DNA of 48,990 nucleotides, filler included, from Catajapyx aquilonaris (Eukaryota): NCBI GenBank assembly GCA_000934665.2. It is 3 parts of 3 records of this genome, joined end to end, with 100 filler letters (N's around TTAATTAATTAA, not from the genome) between each part and the next. Parts side by side here need not be neighbours in the genome. Positions count along the whole stretch, not along the records: positions 32,916 to 48,990 come from KZ539666.1; 2 more parts are not named here. One strand, 5' to 3'. Shown piece by piece: positions 36,949 to 48,460 of this stretch (position 1 is its first letter; each line of letters starts with the position of its first letter). The notes under the pieces were generated by a model. It saw only the letters and a program-made list of their open reading frames with translations, ran no database searches and was not told where the DNA came from. The position numbers and the translations under genes were made by a program.

Positions 36949-37676
36949 ACACATAAGAAGTATAAGAAGTACAACTGCATGTCATAATAGCCTCGTCATT
37001 CATCTGTTCCAGGAAACGAAATTTTTTGGAATCAGTATAACATTTTTAAAAAATGTCCATCTTTTTAGGCCAAATACTACACTATGCGACGGTGGGGATC
37101 TGTTATCAAAATTTGGAAGCTCTACCTGCAGCAGAACTTGAGTCAGGGCGAATTTTAAAAACGTAGGCTAACAAGAACAATAAGAACAATATGTTGGAAA
37201 AATTCATTGTTGAAAGGCTATTCTACGACGGTGTTACTTATAGTCCGGGCCCTAAGCGTTTTAACTTTCACTTTGTGATAAGAAGGTGCCACTTGGTAAT
37301 GTGGATAATTATGTTCTCTCGGCCTATAGAGCTATTTGAGAGATGGCAGCACCGATCCGGTGAACCCAGCATGGGAAAAAACCATTTCATTGGCTCATTG
37401 CATATACACCAGTGACCAGTTTACAGAAAATTAGGTAATTAACGTGTTTTAGCTATATTCAGGGTCAGCTATGTACAGGTGTGATGAGTAGCTTTATATT
37501 CGTGACAAAAAAATGTCGAAGTTTTTAACTTAACAAGGGAGAGTCCGGAAAAAGTAAAATCACTTATTTCGGCACAAATTATAGTTTTATTGCATAAGTT
37601 CACACTGTAGATACAATGAATAACCATCCACATATAGTCCGCATGTGCTAGATACGATACTGACAAAGGTTATGAC

Positions 37677-38332
37677 TAGAGAACGGATTTCTAGGCTTTT
37701 ACCTACTTTTTCTTTTGTAGGCAGAACACCGGAACCAAAATATCTATCCGTTTCATAACACAAGGACCTCAAAAATCGCAGTTTTATAGAACCTAAAAAT
37801 GCCTATTTCGGGTGTTGGGACCTAAATGGCCTATTAGCACCTATTAGTGCCTATTTCGACATTTTTCACGCCATTCGGCAAGATTTTCGAGAGTTCTGCA
37901 GGTTTTCAGTTCAAGGAATCCCTCCCACTTCAACCTGTGACAAGCGAAGAAGCGGTTGATCGGCAAGGTCCCGGGTAATATGCCGTTAACAGCTATTGCG
38001 AGTCGAAATAACTGTTATTAATAGCCGTTAAATAAGCTGCTACATTCGGCCCGACGGATTTTCTATCGGCCATATCGGCTCCCCGTGAGGGAGCATCTTA
38101 ACTGTCGCCGAATAACTGCGATTAACCAACGAAAATAGGGAATAACTGCTAGTTCGTTACTGTTCTGAAAAATTCAATGGCCAGGAGTAGGCTGTAAATA
38201 TGTGTAGAAATCAAAATAAATTAGAACCAGCTTGATTTATAGTTCCTATTTAAGAGCCTATTTTGACTGTTTTCAGGGCCTAAATGCCTACCTATTTGAG
38301 GGTTTTTTTAGAACCTAGAAATCCGTTCTCTA
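37677..38332. mobile_element. hAT-type MITE
   Basis: Perfect 19-bp TIR TAGAGAACGGATTTCTAGG / CCTAGAAATCCGTTCTCTA, perfect 8-bp TSD gttatgac, and subterminal CCTATT/CCTAAA repeats. Confidence 0.92.
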
Positions 38333-38505
38333 GTTATGACAAATGCGATTAATCGTTGACTTGTCACACTCTGCGTTTAAAAAATAAAGGTTTCGATTCC
38401 ATCTGTCCAGCTTTTTATAATGCATTAGAATTCGTACGAGATCTTATGGTGGTGTAAAACCTGTGTTGGCGATTTCACCCTCAATCCTCGGCATTTCCTA
38501 CTATA

Positions 38506-38594
38506 CAATTTAATCCGGATATAACAGACTTCAAGGGTCCGGGGAATTCAGTCTGTTATAACCGAGGTCTGCTCTAGCCGAGGCTGTTCAACTG
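38506..38594. mobile_element. Degenerate pogo/Tc1-like mini-element
   Basis: TA-flanked with weak TIRs. The internal acttcaagggtccggggaattcagtctgttataaccgag recurs diverged at about 42104-42142. Confidence 0.4.
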
Positions 38595-38836
38595 TATAAG
38601 CAGTCCTTGAATACAGAAATAACATTCACATGTGCACCGTATTATTACAGGAGCAACGAAGAATGGGAATCGGTCATCAGTTACTAATATTCCCCCCGCT
38701 TTCTTGTGAAACTTACTAAAGCTGCCAGATGTATCGTCAAAATGCTACTTATAAAGCATCAAGTCAATTCCCTCAAATGATAATGTCCCCAAACCTTCCA
38801 ATGAATGTAGCACTAACAAATACCAACACGATATTT

Positions 38837-39087
38837 GAGGAGTGTGGTGGAAAAAGATGATAACCCTCATTTTTAACCTAAACACCTAGCAACTAACTTA
38901 TGTAAAAGAGTAACAGACGCGACAAACAGTTTGGTAGGCCTATACTCCAAGTTCACGTAACCTGCACGATACGGATTGTATCAAAACCCGCATTCCCCAT
39001 GATTTGTTACGAGAATGCAAACTTGAATTCGCTAATCATGGAAAATTACACTTTTATGGACTATCACCTTTTTCCACCACACCCCTC
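38837..39087. mobile_element. Sola-like MITE (present in copy A only)
   Basis: GAG...CTC termini, TIRs gaggagtgtggtggaaaaagatgata / tatcacctttttccaccacacccctc, and a 4-bp TSD attt. The site is empty in copy B (~42500). Confidence 0.75.
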
Positions 39088-39220
39088 ATTTCGGGACTTG
39101 GACAGTGTCCCCTTTCTGATCTGTTCTTGTATTTTGAAGGCGGAAGAAAATCACATCAGCATAAAAAATGTTTGAAATGTTCCTTTTATTTTGAAATCAC
39201 GATTGTTCACATTACGAGTG

Positions 39221-39539
39221 TTAGTAGTAACCTGCTCCGAATTGTCCGCCCCTACTAATAGTCGTGGGTGCTGGTGCTGGTCCTACTTGAGTGACAATTA
39301 CCTGGTCTTCTCTCCTTTTCCCAAACAGAGTGCTAAATATTGAGTCGATGCCATGGCCAATCCCTTGCAGAGACAAAACCGATCACAACTATTTTAAAAA
39401 GACAGGCGGGGAAGAAAGAGGGTTAGGTAGATTTGGGTCACTCACCTGTGAATATGCCAAAAAAGGGGCCACAGTGGGTCCGGGCAGGTAGGCTGATGGA
39501 CACTAGGAGCAACGACACGATTGTAACAGCGGTGCTCAT
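39221..39539 (-). CDS. Small secreted Gly-rich peptide precursor A, 78 aa (exons 39539-39446 and 39363-39221)
   Basis: MSTAVTIVSLLLVSISLPARTHC-GPFFGIFTGIGHGIDSIFSTLF-GKRR-EDQVIVTQVGPAPAPTTISRGGQFGAGYY*. Phase-1 GTGAGT...GCAAG intron; AATAAA at 39190-39185; the frame is conserved in the paralogue. Confidence 0.8.
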
Positions 39540-40679
39540 AATGTAAATCAGCAAATGTAGGGATTGGACTGGGTTTTGGAGTCCATATCATGAAAATAGA
39601 AACATTGAAGGCACTGAGCTATACCGTGTGTTGCAAAATTATTTTAATGTAAAAAGAATCAGGTGTAGTTATCAGTAACCGCCTGTAGCCTACATTACAG
39701 TAAGAACCTGAGTGCATATAGCAGATCTGCAACATAGTGACATATAGTTTTCTGATCTCTCTGCAGGATAACTTCGGTTTTAAAGCACCTTTAAACGCTC
39801 TGGTCTAGTTGTGAAAATTCATCGTTATGTAGGAAAATTGCTAAGTTAATAAGTGAATAGTGGCACTTTTAGGAGGAAATTTTCGATTCAAATGTCGACT
39901 GGCCTCAATGTAATGGCTCTAGTGAAGTAGACTTTGCCACGACCCTGTCACATCCTAATACTACTGTTAATGTCATTTAAATTACAAGTTAACATATTTC
40001 AGTAGATCATACGCTCTGACAATCAATACCCATAAGATCTAAGTGAATAGTAGCCGATGGTGCTAACCTTATAACAGCTGCACTCCACAGTTAGTCTCAC
40101 AAGTGTTTTTGAGTCAGTGAAGAACCCTGGAGAGAACTTGAACATAATATGCTTTCAAGTGACGTATCAATTAGTTATATGGTCAGCTTTAATGTTAATT
40201 CTTTTTATAGTGATGCTGATCATTGTTTTCTTATCCACGGCTGATAAATGTGCTTGTGTAACAGTACAGGTCACAGTAAAATCTGACTGGCAGAGCGAAA
40301 TTGCGTACGTTGCCACTCACGTGCTAGGCAGCTAGGGAGAGATAGCTTCAATGGCAAGAGATAAAATTTAACGCATTTGAAAGTATCACATGCGCCTTAA
40401 AAGTTAACCGCACGGAGTATCAAAGAAATAAAATAGTCATATATTATGCTTCTAAATAGGAGCTTTTACAAAGTAATCATAACATCCTACCAGAAAATTG
40501 CTGCAACGTCATAATATTGGAGTATAAAATAATATTGGAAGGCGCGTGTAACAATGAGTCTGAACTGTTTACGTGTAATCTGGTAGTGTACACATCGCAG
40601 CATCGACCAAATTAACAGGTACCTAGCGCAAACGTTGACGAGAGCGAAGGCTGTCTCAGCGGCGTCCTAAGTGATCTTA

Positions 40680-41880
40680 ACATAATTGGACGTACTAAAC
40701 TAAATGTTCCAATGAGTATATTAGACACGAAGGTAGCCCCAATTGTACATCTGTGGGCAGTAAATTATTGGCAGGTTTTGGAACAGCTTCAGCTTCATTT
40801 CATAAAATATTACCTGAAACTATTCAAACGGCTCGAAACCAGGGGCGGATCCAGGGGGGGGGGGGGGNNNNNNNNNNNNNNNNNNNNNNNNNNNNNNNNN
40901 NNNNNNNNNNNNNNNNNNNNNNNNNNNNNNNNNNNNNNNNNNNNNNNNNNNNNNNNNNNNNNNNNNNNNNNNNNNNNNNNNNNNNNNNNNNNNNNNNNNN
41001 NNNNNNNNNNNNNNNNNNNNNNNNNNNNNNNNNNNNNNNNNNNNNNNNNNNNNNNNNNNNNNNNNNNNNNNNNNNNNNNNNNNNNNNNNNNNNNNNNNNN
41101 NNNNNNNNNNNNNCCCCCCCCCGCCCCCCAATCGAAAGTCTGGATCCGCCCCTCCTCGAAACAGGCCATCGTCCATTGGTGTTTCACTAGTGAAAAAACT
41201 TCTAAAGTTTCTAGTAGCCATCAAACAAAATGCCAAACGATAGACTGCCCAAAAGAGCGTTCAACTATCTACTAACCACAACTGACTTGAAAACAGGCAA
41301 CAGTTGGCTCACACGGGTCAAAGACATCCTTGAGATTATGGTATAGCATGGGAATACTGAGGTCAATCTCAACAAGACACAAAACTATGTAAACACATAA
41401 TTTATTATTAAATTTATTGATAGCACTATTCAGCCAGATGTGGCAAACTTAGCGAGTCCTTCCGGGCATGTGTTCTATCAAGACCTCCAGCCCTTCTTTA
41501 AGGGTCAAGACTATTTGTTTGATGACCAACCATTGCACCAGACACGGTTGTTCGTTGTTATACTCATCATTACTCTCTCTGGATCTCCTTACTTATTTAT
41601 TATGAAGAGTACAAGATGCGCTGGCCTAAAGGCGATCCCTGTGCACTGTGAAATAGCGAGGAAGAATTCAATCTGTAGGGCCTATCACTTATTTTACAAT
41701 TATTATACATTCTTCGACTTACAACGTATAAGATGTTAAAAGACATTCCAAATCTACCTCCAGATAAGACACATCTATTATTGCTTAACCTGCACCCTTA
41801 CAACCCAGGTATAATAGGAGCTTTCTTCAAATCGGTAATTTCTAAACTGCGATTTTGTGACATCTCATTATGAATGTAAA
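40680..41880 (+). mobile_element. Degenerate LINE, C-terminal region after the RT domain
   Basis: Fragments ILDTKVAPI..LW...LEQLQLHFIKYYLKL...LETGHRPL, RLPKRAFNYLL and NSWLTRVKDILE resemble LINE ORF2 C-termini. There are many frameshifts and a hAT MITE insertion. Confidence 0.6.
40840..41154. mobile_element. hAT-type MITE with poly-G/poly-C subterminal runs (interior unresolved, Ns)
   Basis: TIRs CAGGGGCGGATCCAG / CTGGATCCGCCCCTC and an 8-bp TSD ctcgaaac. Confidence 0.88.
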
Positions 41881-42149
41881 TAGTGTAAACAAATACAAAT
41901 TTAATGTCTCCCTCCGGCCCCCACATATCTCCCTTTGTAGACACTGTGACTCATATATTGTCTAAGCTGTACGTTACGTGACACATTGACATGTTAATGA
42001 ATATTCATGCATATTGGACATACCGGGGTCCCCCCCCCCCCTATGTAAAGGCAACAGCCTACCGGGTTATACAATTAAACTAAAATAAACTAAACTTAAT
42101 TAAACTTCAAGGGACCGCGGAAATGAGTCCGTTATAACCGAGNGGGGGG

Positions 42150-42386
42150 GGGAATCTGCACCCAACGATACCGATGTAGTACGGTATAAGACTGGATCCT
42201 TTAACGAAGCGACCGGGCCCACGGGCATGGTGACTGGGAGGGGATGTGCAATGTAGAAGTGCAATGTCTACGTATAACGTAGTACATTTTGTGAACTCCC
42301 GCGGGTGGATTAGTCTTTCGGAGATCGAACCCGGGACCTTCACATCCGTGGGCGCATATGTTACCGCAGCGCCACTCCGTCTCCCC
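42150..42386 (-). mobile_element. tRNA-derived SINE (second family)
   Basis: Minus strand: GGGGAGACGGAG start, A box TGGCGCTGCGG, B box GGTTCGATC. The body is shared with 32985-33115. The 3' end is unclear. Confidence 0.8.
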
Positions 42387-42632
42387 TGTCAAAACTCAAC
42401 TTATAAAGCATAAAGCATAAACCCCTCAAATGAAAATGTCCCCACAGCAGTGTCCCCAAACCTTGCAATGAATGTAGCACTAACAACTACCAACACTATA
42501 TTTTCTGGACTTGGACAGTGTTCCCTTTCTGATCTGCTCTTGTATTTTGAAGGGGGAAGAAAATAACATTAGCATTAAAATGTTCGAAATGTTTCCTTTA
42601 TTTTGAAATCACGATTGTTCACATTACGAGTG

Positions 42633-42986
42633 TTAGTAGTAAACTCCTCCCATTCCTCCCATTCCTCCCATTCCTCCATATGGATTGACCACAGTTTGTT
42701 GTGGTGCTCCTGCTTGAGTGATAATTACCTGGTCTTGCCCACGGTGTCTCCCGAGCCCGCCGCCCAATATTGCATCCATGCCAACGCCAATCCCTTGCAA
42801 AGACAAAACAGACCACAAAGTTATTTTAAAAAGACAGTCGGGGTAGAAAGAGGGTTAGGTAGATTCGAGTCACTCACCTGTGAATAACCCAAATAGGGGG
42901 CCATGATTCATTTTTTCACAGTGGGTCAGGGCAGGTAGGCTGATGGACACTAGGAGCAACGACACGATTGTAACAGCGGTGCTCAT
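42633..42986 (-). CDS. Small secreted Gly-rich peptide precursor B, 89 aa (exons 42986-42878 and 42793-42633)
   Basis: MSTAVTIVSLLLVSISLPALTHC-EKMNHGPLFGLFTGIGVGMDAILGGGLGRHRGQDQVIITQAGAPQQTVVNPYGGMGGMGGMGGVYY*. Same intron position and phase as copy A; AATAAA at 42602-42597. Confidence 0.8.
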
Positions 42987-43112
42987 ATTGTAAACCAGCA
43001 AATGCAGGGGTTGGACTAGTTTTGGAGGTCATATCATGAAAATAGAAACATTGAAGGCGCTGAGGTATACCGTGTGTTGCAAAATTATTTTAATGTAAAA
43101 AGAATAAAGTGT

Positions 43113-44268
43113 AATTACATTATGCAACATGATATTTGTCCATGGAAATTTATTGCTATTTCCATGTTCCTTAGGTCACAAGTAACTCATAGTGGGTATT
43201 CATTTTCTCTTTGATTTGTTTTTGACCTCGAGGCAGTCAAAAAACCCAAATCCTCATAACATATAGCAGTTTTTCCCAATCAAGTGGCCTAAATGTTGCT
43301 AAACCATCTCGGATTTTTCTGAAATTAATCACAGCTCTACACACCTATGACGCAACATTGCACATCAATTTTCAGTCAAATTGCGAAATACCTTGGAGAG
43401 GGAAAAAAATCGGGAAATTTGAAAATTGGTCCTTTTTTTGGATATTTTTTTCGGTCATTGGAAGTGGTCAACACCCAATCAACCTATACATCAAATGAAA
43501 GAGAAACGTACGTAGAATGCGCCTATGGAATGGGTCTTTCTGTAAAATGCACTCAGAAAAACGTGTACGGCATTTCATCAGTCACATGTCCAAGAATTTG
43601 GCTCCATTAAAATTAATGGTAATTCGGCAAACATGTCTAGATTATTTTCTCGCGAACCATGCATGACCCACGATTGAAACTGAACATATTGACTCTTGTA
43701 CTGTACGAGTCACAACTCCTGTCACCAAATGTGGCTGCTCGTACGCAAATACATCACAAATTGTTTGGATATAAACACTTGGACATGTTACTGAGCATGT
43801 GACCGATGGAATGCCATACATGTTTTTCTGAGTACATTTTAGAGAAAGGCATACTCCATACGCGCATTCTACTCGCGTGTCTCTTTCATTTGATGTATAC
43901 GTTGATTGGGTTTTGATCACTTCCAATAACCGAAAAAATTATCCAAAAAGGCCAAATTTGCACAATTTCGCAATTTTTTCCCTCCCCAACATATTTCGCA
44001 ATTTGGCTGAAACTTGATGTGCAATGTTACGTCATGGATGTGTAGAGCTGTGATTATTTTCAAAAAAATCATAGATGGTCAAGCAACATTTAGGCCCGCG
44101 TGATTTGGAAAAACTGCTATATTTCAGGATTTTGGTTTTTGCCTGCCCCGAGGTCAAATACGAATCCAAGACAAAATGAAATACCCACTATGAGTTACTT
44201 GTGACCTAAGGAACACGAATATGACGGTGAATTTCCATGGACAAAAAAATGCAAATTTTGTTACGTAG
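43113..44268. mobile_element. Foldback MITE with ~460-bp inverted arms (present in copy B only)
   Basis: About 43135-43590 is inverted relative to about 43780-44245, e.g. gttccttaggtcacaagtaactcatagtgggtatt / aatacccactatgagttacttgtgacctaaggaac. The site is empty in copy A at about 39665. Confidence 0.88.
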
Positions 44269-47200
44269 AGTTATCAGTAACCTACTGCAGCCTACATTAC
44301 AGTAAGAACTTGTGTGCCAACAGATGTGCAACATAGTGATATTGTTTTCTGATCTCTCTGCAGGATAACTTCGGTTTTAATAAACGCTCTGGCCTAGTTT
44401 GAGAATATTGTGAAAATTCATCGTCAAGTAGGAAAATTGCTACGTTAATAAGTGAAAAGTACTAAATAAAGTGGCCTTTTAGAAGGAAATTTTCGATTCA
44501 AATGTCGACTGACGTAACTGTAATGGCTCTAGGGAAGTAGACTTTGCCACGACCCTGTCACATCCTAATACTACTATTAATGTCATTTAAATTACAAGTT
44601 AACATATTTCAGTAGATCATACGTTCTGACAATCAATGCCCATAAGATCTAAGTGAATAGTAGCCGATGATGCTAACCTTATAACAGCTGAACTCCACAG
44701 TTAGTCTCACAAGTGTTTTTGAGTCAGTGAAGAACCCTGGAGTGAACTTGAACTTAATATGCTTTCAAGTGACGTATCAATTAGTTATATGGTCAGTTTT
44801 AAGGTTACATCTTTTTATAGCGATGGTGATCATTGTTTTCTTATCCACGGCTGATAAATGTGCTTGTGTAACAGTAAGGTCACAGTAAAATCTGACTGAC
44901 AGAGCGAAATTGCGTAGGTTGCAACTAAAATGCTGCAAAGATATAGCTCCAATGGCAATAGATAAAATTTAACGCATTTTAAAATGTCGCATGCGCCTTA
45001 AACCACGGAGTATCAAAGAAAAAAATAGTCTTATTATGCTTCTAAAGAGGAGCTTTTACAAAGTAATCATAAAATCCTATCAGTGAATTGCTGCGACGTC
45101 ATAATATTGGAGTATAAATATTGGAAGGATCGTGTAACAATGAGTCTGAACTGTTTACGTGTAATCTGGTAGTGTACTATGCTATTTTGCGCCGGAAAAT
45201 TCATCTATAGGGTGTTCCAGAAATATATATATTTTTAAATAATCGTCTGATGGCTTTGGGTCTGGGTGGTTGGGACTTAAGGTTGGAACTCAGATTTGCA
45301 GGTGAGGCCCAGGTGAGACCTTTGGATTCATGTGAGGGAGTGACGGTTACGTGGTAACCTCTCCACACTTGCTGAGAAAGTCCCGGTGTGATTTCATAGG
45401 ACAATGTAAACCTGGGCACATTATGATGCCAACAGTAGCATTACAATTTATTTAATCAACAAGATACCTATAGCTCAAAAACTCACTCTCCCTCGCTGGC
45501 CAGCAACTAAGATGGACGTCTCTTTTTTTGCGCTCCGGCCACGACTCCAGTCTAATCACAGCACCCCCATATCACTGTGATTAGCAAGTATGGAGGCGGA
45601 GGCAATGTTCGAAGAGTTCAAGTTGGATCTAAAGATGGAATCCAACGGACCATCACCAACGCAATTACTTCTACCCTGAAAGGATTCGAGGAGCGATGGA
45701 CTCCCAAATTGGAAGAGATGAGGAAGTACAGTATTTGACCGAAGTGAACTAGTCTGTCAATGACTCGGCATACCGAACAAGACGACCAAAAGGCCATGAT
45801 TCAGGACCTGAAGAACCAAAGTGGCGTTTAGAAAAAACCAATCACGACGCTCCAGCCTGGTCTTCCATGGCTAGGGCTGTGCGATATCCGAAATTGCATA
45901 TCGACTCTCTATAGGCCTACTCAAAAAATATCGCATCGAAGTCGATATATCGAAAATTGAAAAACAGACATCGAACCGACATCGAAAATCGAAATTATCT
46001 CATATCCACATCTACGTCGACATCGCTAGCCGGAGCAGAAATCGAAGGATACCTACTGCCAAATGACAGATTAGAATTCACTTGTAGGCCTACTATGAAA
46101 TACGAAGTATGATAGCAACTCATAAATCATAACAGAAGAAGTGCCATTAACCAAGGATGCGTTTCTTATGCTCTCACAAAAGGCCAAAACCGAGGTGGGG
46201 GCCAACCGAGAGCGGCAACTGCAAACCTGCAACTCCATGCGCTGCCAATTTGCATGCGCATTTTCACAAGTTACATGGCAGGAATGTGGCGATTTATTAG
46301 GCACGTTACACGTACGGCAGGTTTGTATTTCTTTCCAGGGAGCCGCTTCGCTTAGAGCGATCCATCGCTGTCGTGTAACTTGTGCTAAAGCGCTTCAAAA
46401 CTCAAAGCGTCGCGTCGTTCGCTAGAGCCTTAAGATAAACTACCTTGTACAATCGCTTCAAGGGATTAGAAGCGGGTTAAGCCTGCCGTGTAACTGACGA
46501 CCCTTCAAGAGCGCTCTCAAATACGTCGCCAGCTGTGTCTTTGCAGCTACTGGGATCGCAAAAAAAAAAAAACACTGCATAACCAATAAATATGCAACTC
46601 TGCTTTCCGAGGTCAATGAAGGTCCGGACCCCCCCCCCACCAAACAANAAAAAAAAAACCCTACCCTACTTCACAAATTCACACTTCAGTGAGAAAAGTT
46701 GCACTTTTCCTCCCAACCAACGTCGCGAAATCTGGTGTGTGCGAAGTTGTGACAGTTTGTAGGCAGGCTTCCAAATGGTCTTATGACAGATTGCTTCAGT
46801 ACCGGTATCGTATTTATTTTTGATCATGTCCTATGCGTCCACTTTCCTCCTCTTCTTTACGGGTCCTCCAAACTACCCCTTTCCACTCACATCACACTGA
46901 TCACTTGGAAAACCAGCGACTATCTGCACCAGAAAGACCTCTCAGAAGTCCCAGTATACAAAATATAGGGAGAATGAAGAAAATGCGCCTGATAGTTTCC
47001 GTCCTGTGATAGTTAATGTGGCCACAGGGTGTCCTAAAATGCATCTGCATCCACATTTATTCAAAATCGTTCCGAGTGATGAACCTATAGATAAGTTAAG
47101 TGTGCCCGTCATTGCTCCACATAGAAAGTGGTGGGTTAGGCAGGTACGAGACCAGATGAGACCAACCACAATAATTACTGGACAGTTAATTGAGCAATCA

Positions 47201-47755
47201 ATAGATTTCTTTACAGAAGAAAACAAAAAGAAAAAAGAAAGAAAAATGTAACGCTTTCTCATCACTTGGTCAAAGCAATGTAACCATTCCGTTACGAAGT
47301 AATTTACCAAAAACAAAGCAGTCTTAATATTACTTGAGAAATGCCAATAGTCTAGCCCCCTTCCAAACAATAGCACATATAGGCAGCCCTGCCCTAGGCA
47401 ATACAGTCTGGCTCTCACCAGTCCGTTTACTCTACTATTAGAATACTGAATTCGACGACTTCCAGCGTCTCCAGCCTCTTCCGGTTTGGGTGGTCCTTCC
47501 TGCAGTCGTAGGCTATCGGTGGTCTCAGATAATGTATTATTTTTGGCACTTTAACTTTAAGACGTCATAACTTTTGCTACATACTGTAGGTCTCCGCCAG
47601 GTCTCCGCACGAATATTTCATTTTTGGTTATCATATATTGTCCTCTATTAGCATGTTAAGTTTCATCAAGATCCGTCATCATCACCCGGGAAATTATGTC
47701 CCTTGTCAGTTAAAATGGCTTCACAGCCACATTTTAAAAGAACAGTCCACTCAAA

Positions 47756-47955
47756 CAGCGGCGGATCCAGGGGGGGGGGGNNNNNNNNNNNNNNNNNNNN
47801 NNNNNNNNNNNNNNNNNNNNNNNNNNNNNNNNNNNNNNNNNNNNNNNNNNNNNNNNNNNNNNNNNNNNNNNNNNNNNNNNNNNNNNNNNNNNNNNNNNNN
47901 NNNNNNNNNNNNNNCCCCCCCCCCCCCCCAAATCGAAAGTCTGGATCCGCCCCTG
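47756..47955. mobile_element. hAT-type MITE, second copy of the 40840 family
   Basis: TIRs CAGCGGCGGATCCAG / CTGGATCCGCCCCTG, TSD cactcaaa / aactcaaa, and the same subterminal aatcgaaagt. Confidence 0.85.
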
Positions 47956-48314
47956 AACTCAAAATACTGGTCTCTAGAAATCAGGCAAAAATCATGATTC
48001 CGGTGATAGGTATTACCATATAGGCTTCTACGGCGAACGGTAATCCGAGAAATAAAGGTCAAAGTAGGGCGGCTGCTATCCTCCTGTCTGCTCCTCCAGG
48101 CCACCCCACACCTCCCCCGGCCACCTGGCGGCTGCCTGAGGAAGTTGGATAACCAACCCCCGCCGATAGGGTTTGAAATGGAGTTCGGTCTGATATTACT
48201 GAGTTCTGACTGCTCCAATGCATAATAATTATGTTGTCACCGAGTTGTGATATTAATTAATAACAACTTCGCACCAAAATCTATAATATTAAAATCCTTG
48301 CGGTGTTTGGCCGA

Positions 48315-48460
48315 GCCCTCTGATTGGTCCGCCCCCCTATTGTCGCCGCCACCTCTTCCCATTGGCCCCCGTCCATTGTTGCTGGGACGCATTCTACACG
48401 TATTGTTACCATGACGCCTCCGATTGGCCCCCGTTCCGAGCATGCGCAGTGGGGGTGGAA
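48315..48460. promoter_or_regulatory. Possible GC-rich promoter with clustered inverted CCAAT boxes
   Basis: Three ATTGG motifs (about 48323, 48361 and 48423), a CCGCCC GC box and an NRF1-like GCATGCGC, in CpG-rich sequence. Confidence 0.4.

Larger units (their letters stand above)
38748..40591. repeat. Tandem duplication, copy A
   Basis: Colinear, high-identity match to 42399-45177, from cttataaagcat to gtaatctggtagtgtac. Confidence 0.92.
42399..45177. repeat. Tandem duplication, copy B
   Basis: Colinear with 38748-40591, plus a ~1.15-kb foldback insertion. Confidence 0.92.

Noticed and set aside
40712..41275. ORFs spanning N runs (also 47638-48218)
   Set aside because: They stay open only because Ns translate as X.
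45590..45830. Frameshifted coiled-coil fragment resembling LINE ORF1
   Set aside because: It is short, disrupted and lacks a diagnostic motif.
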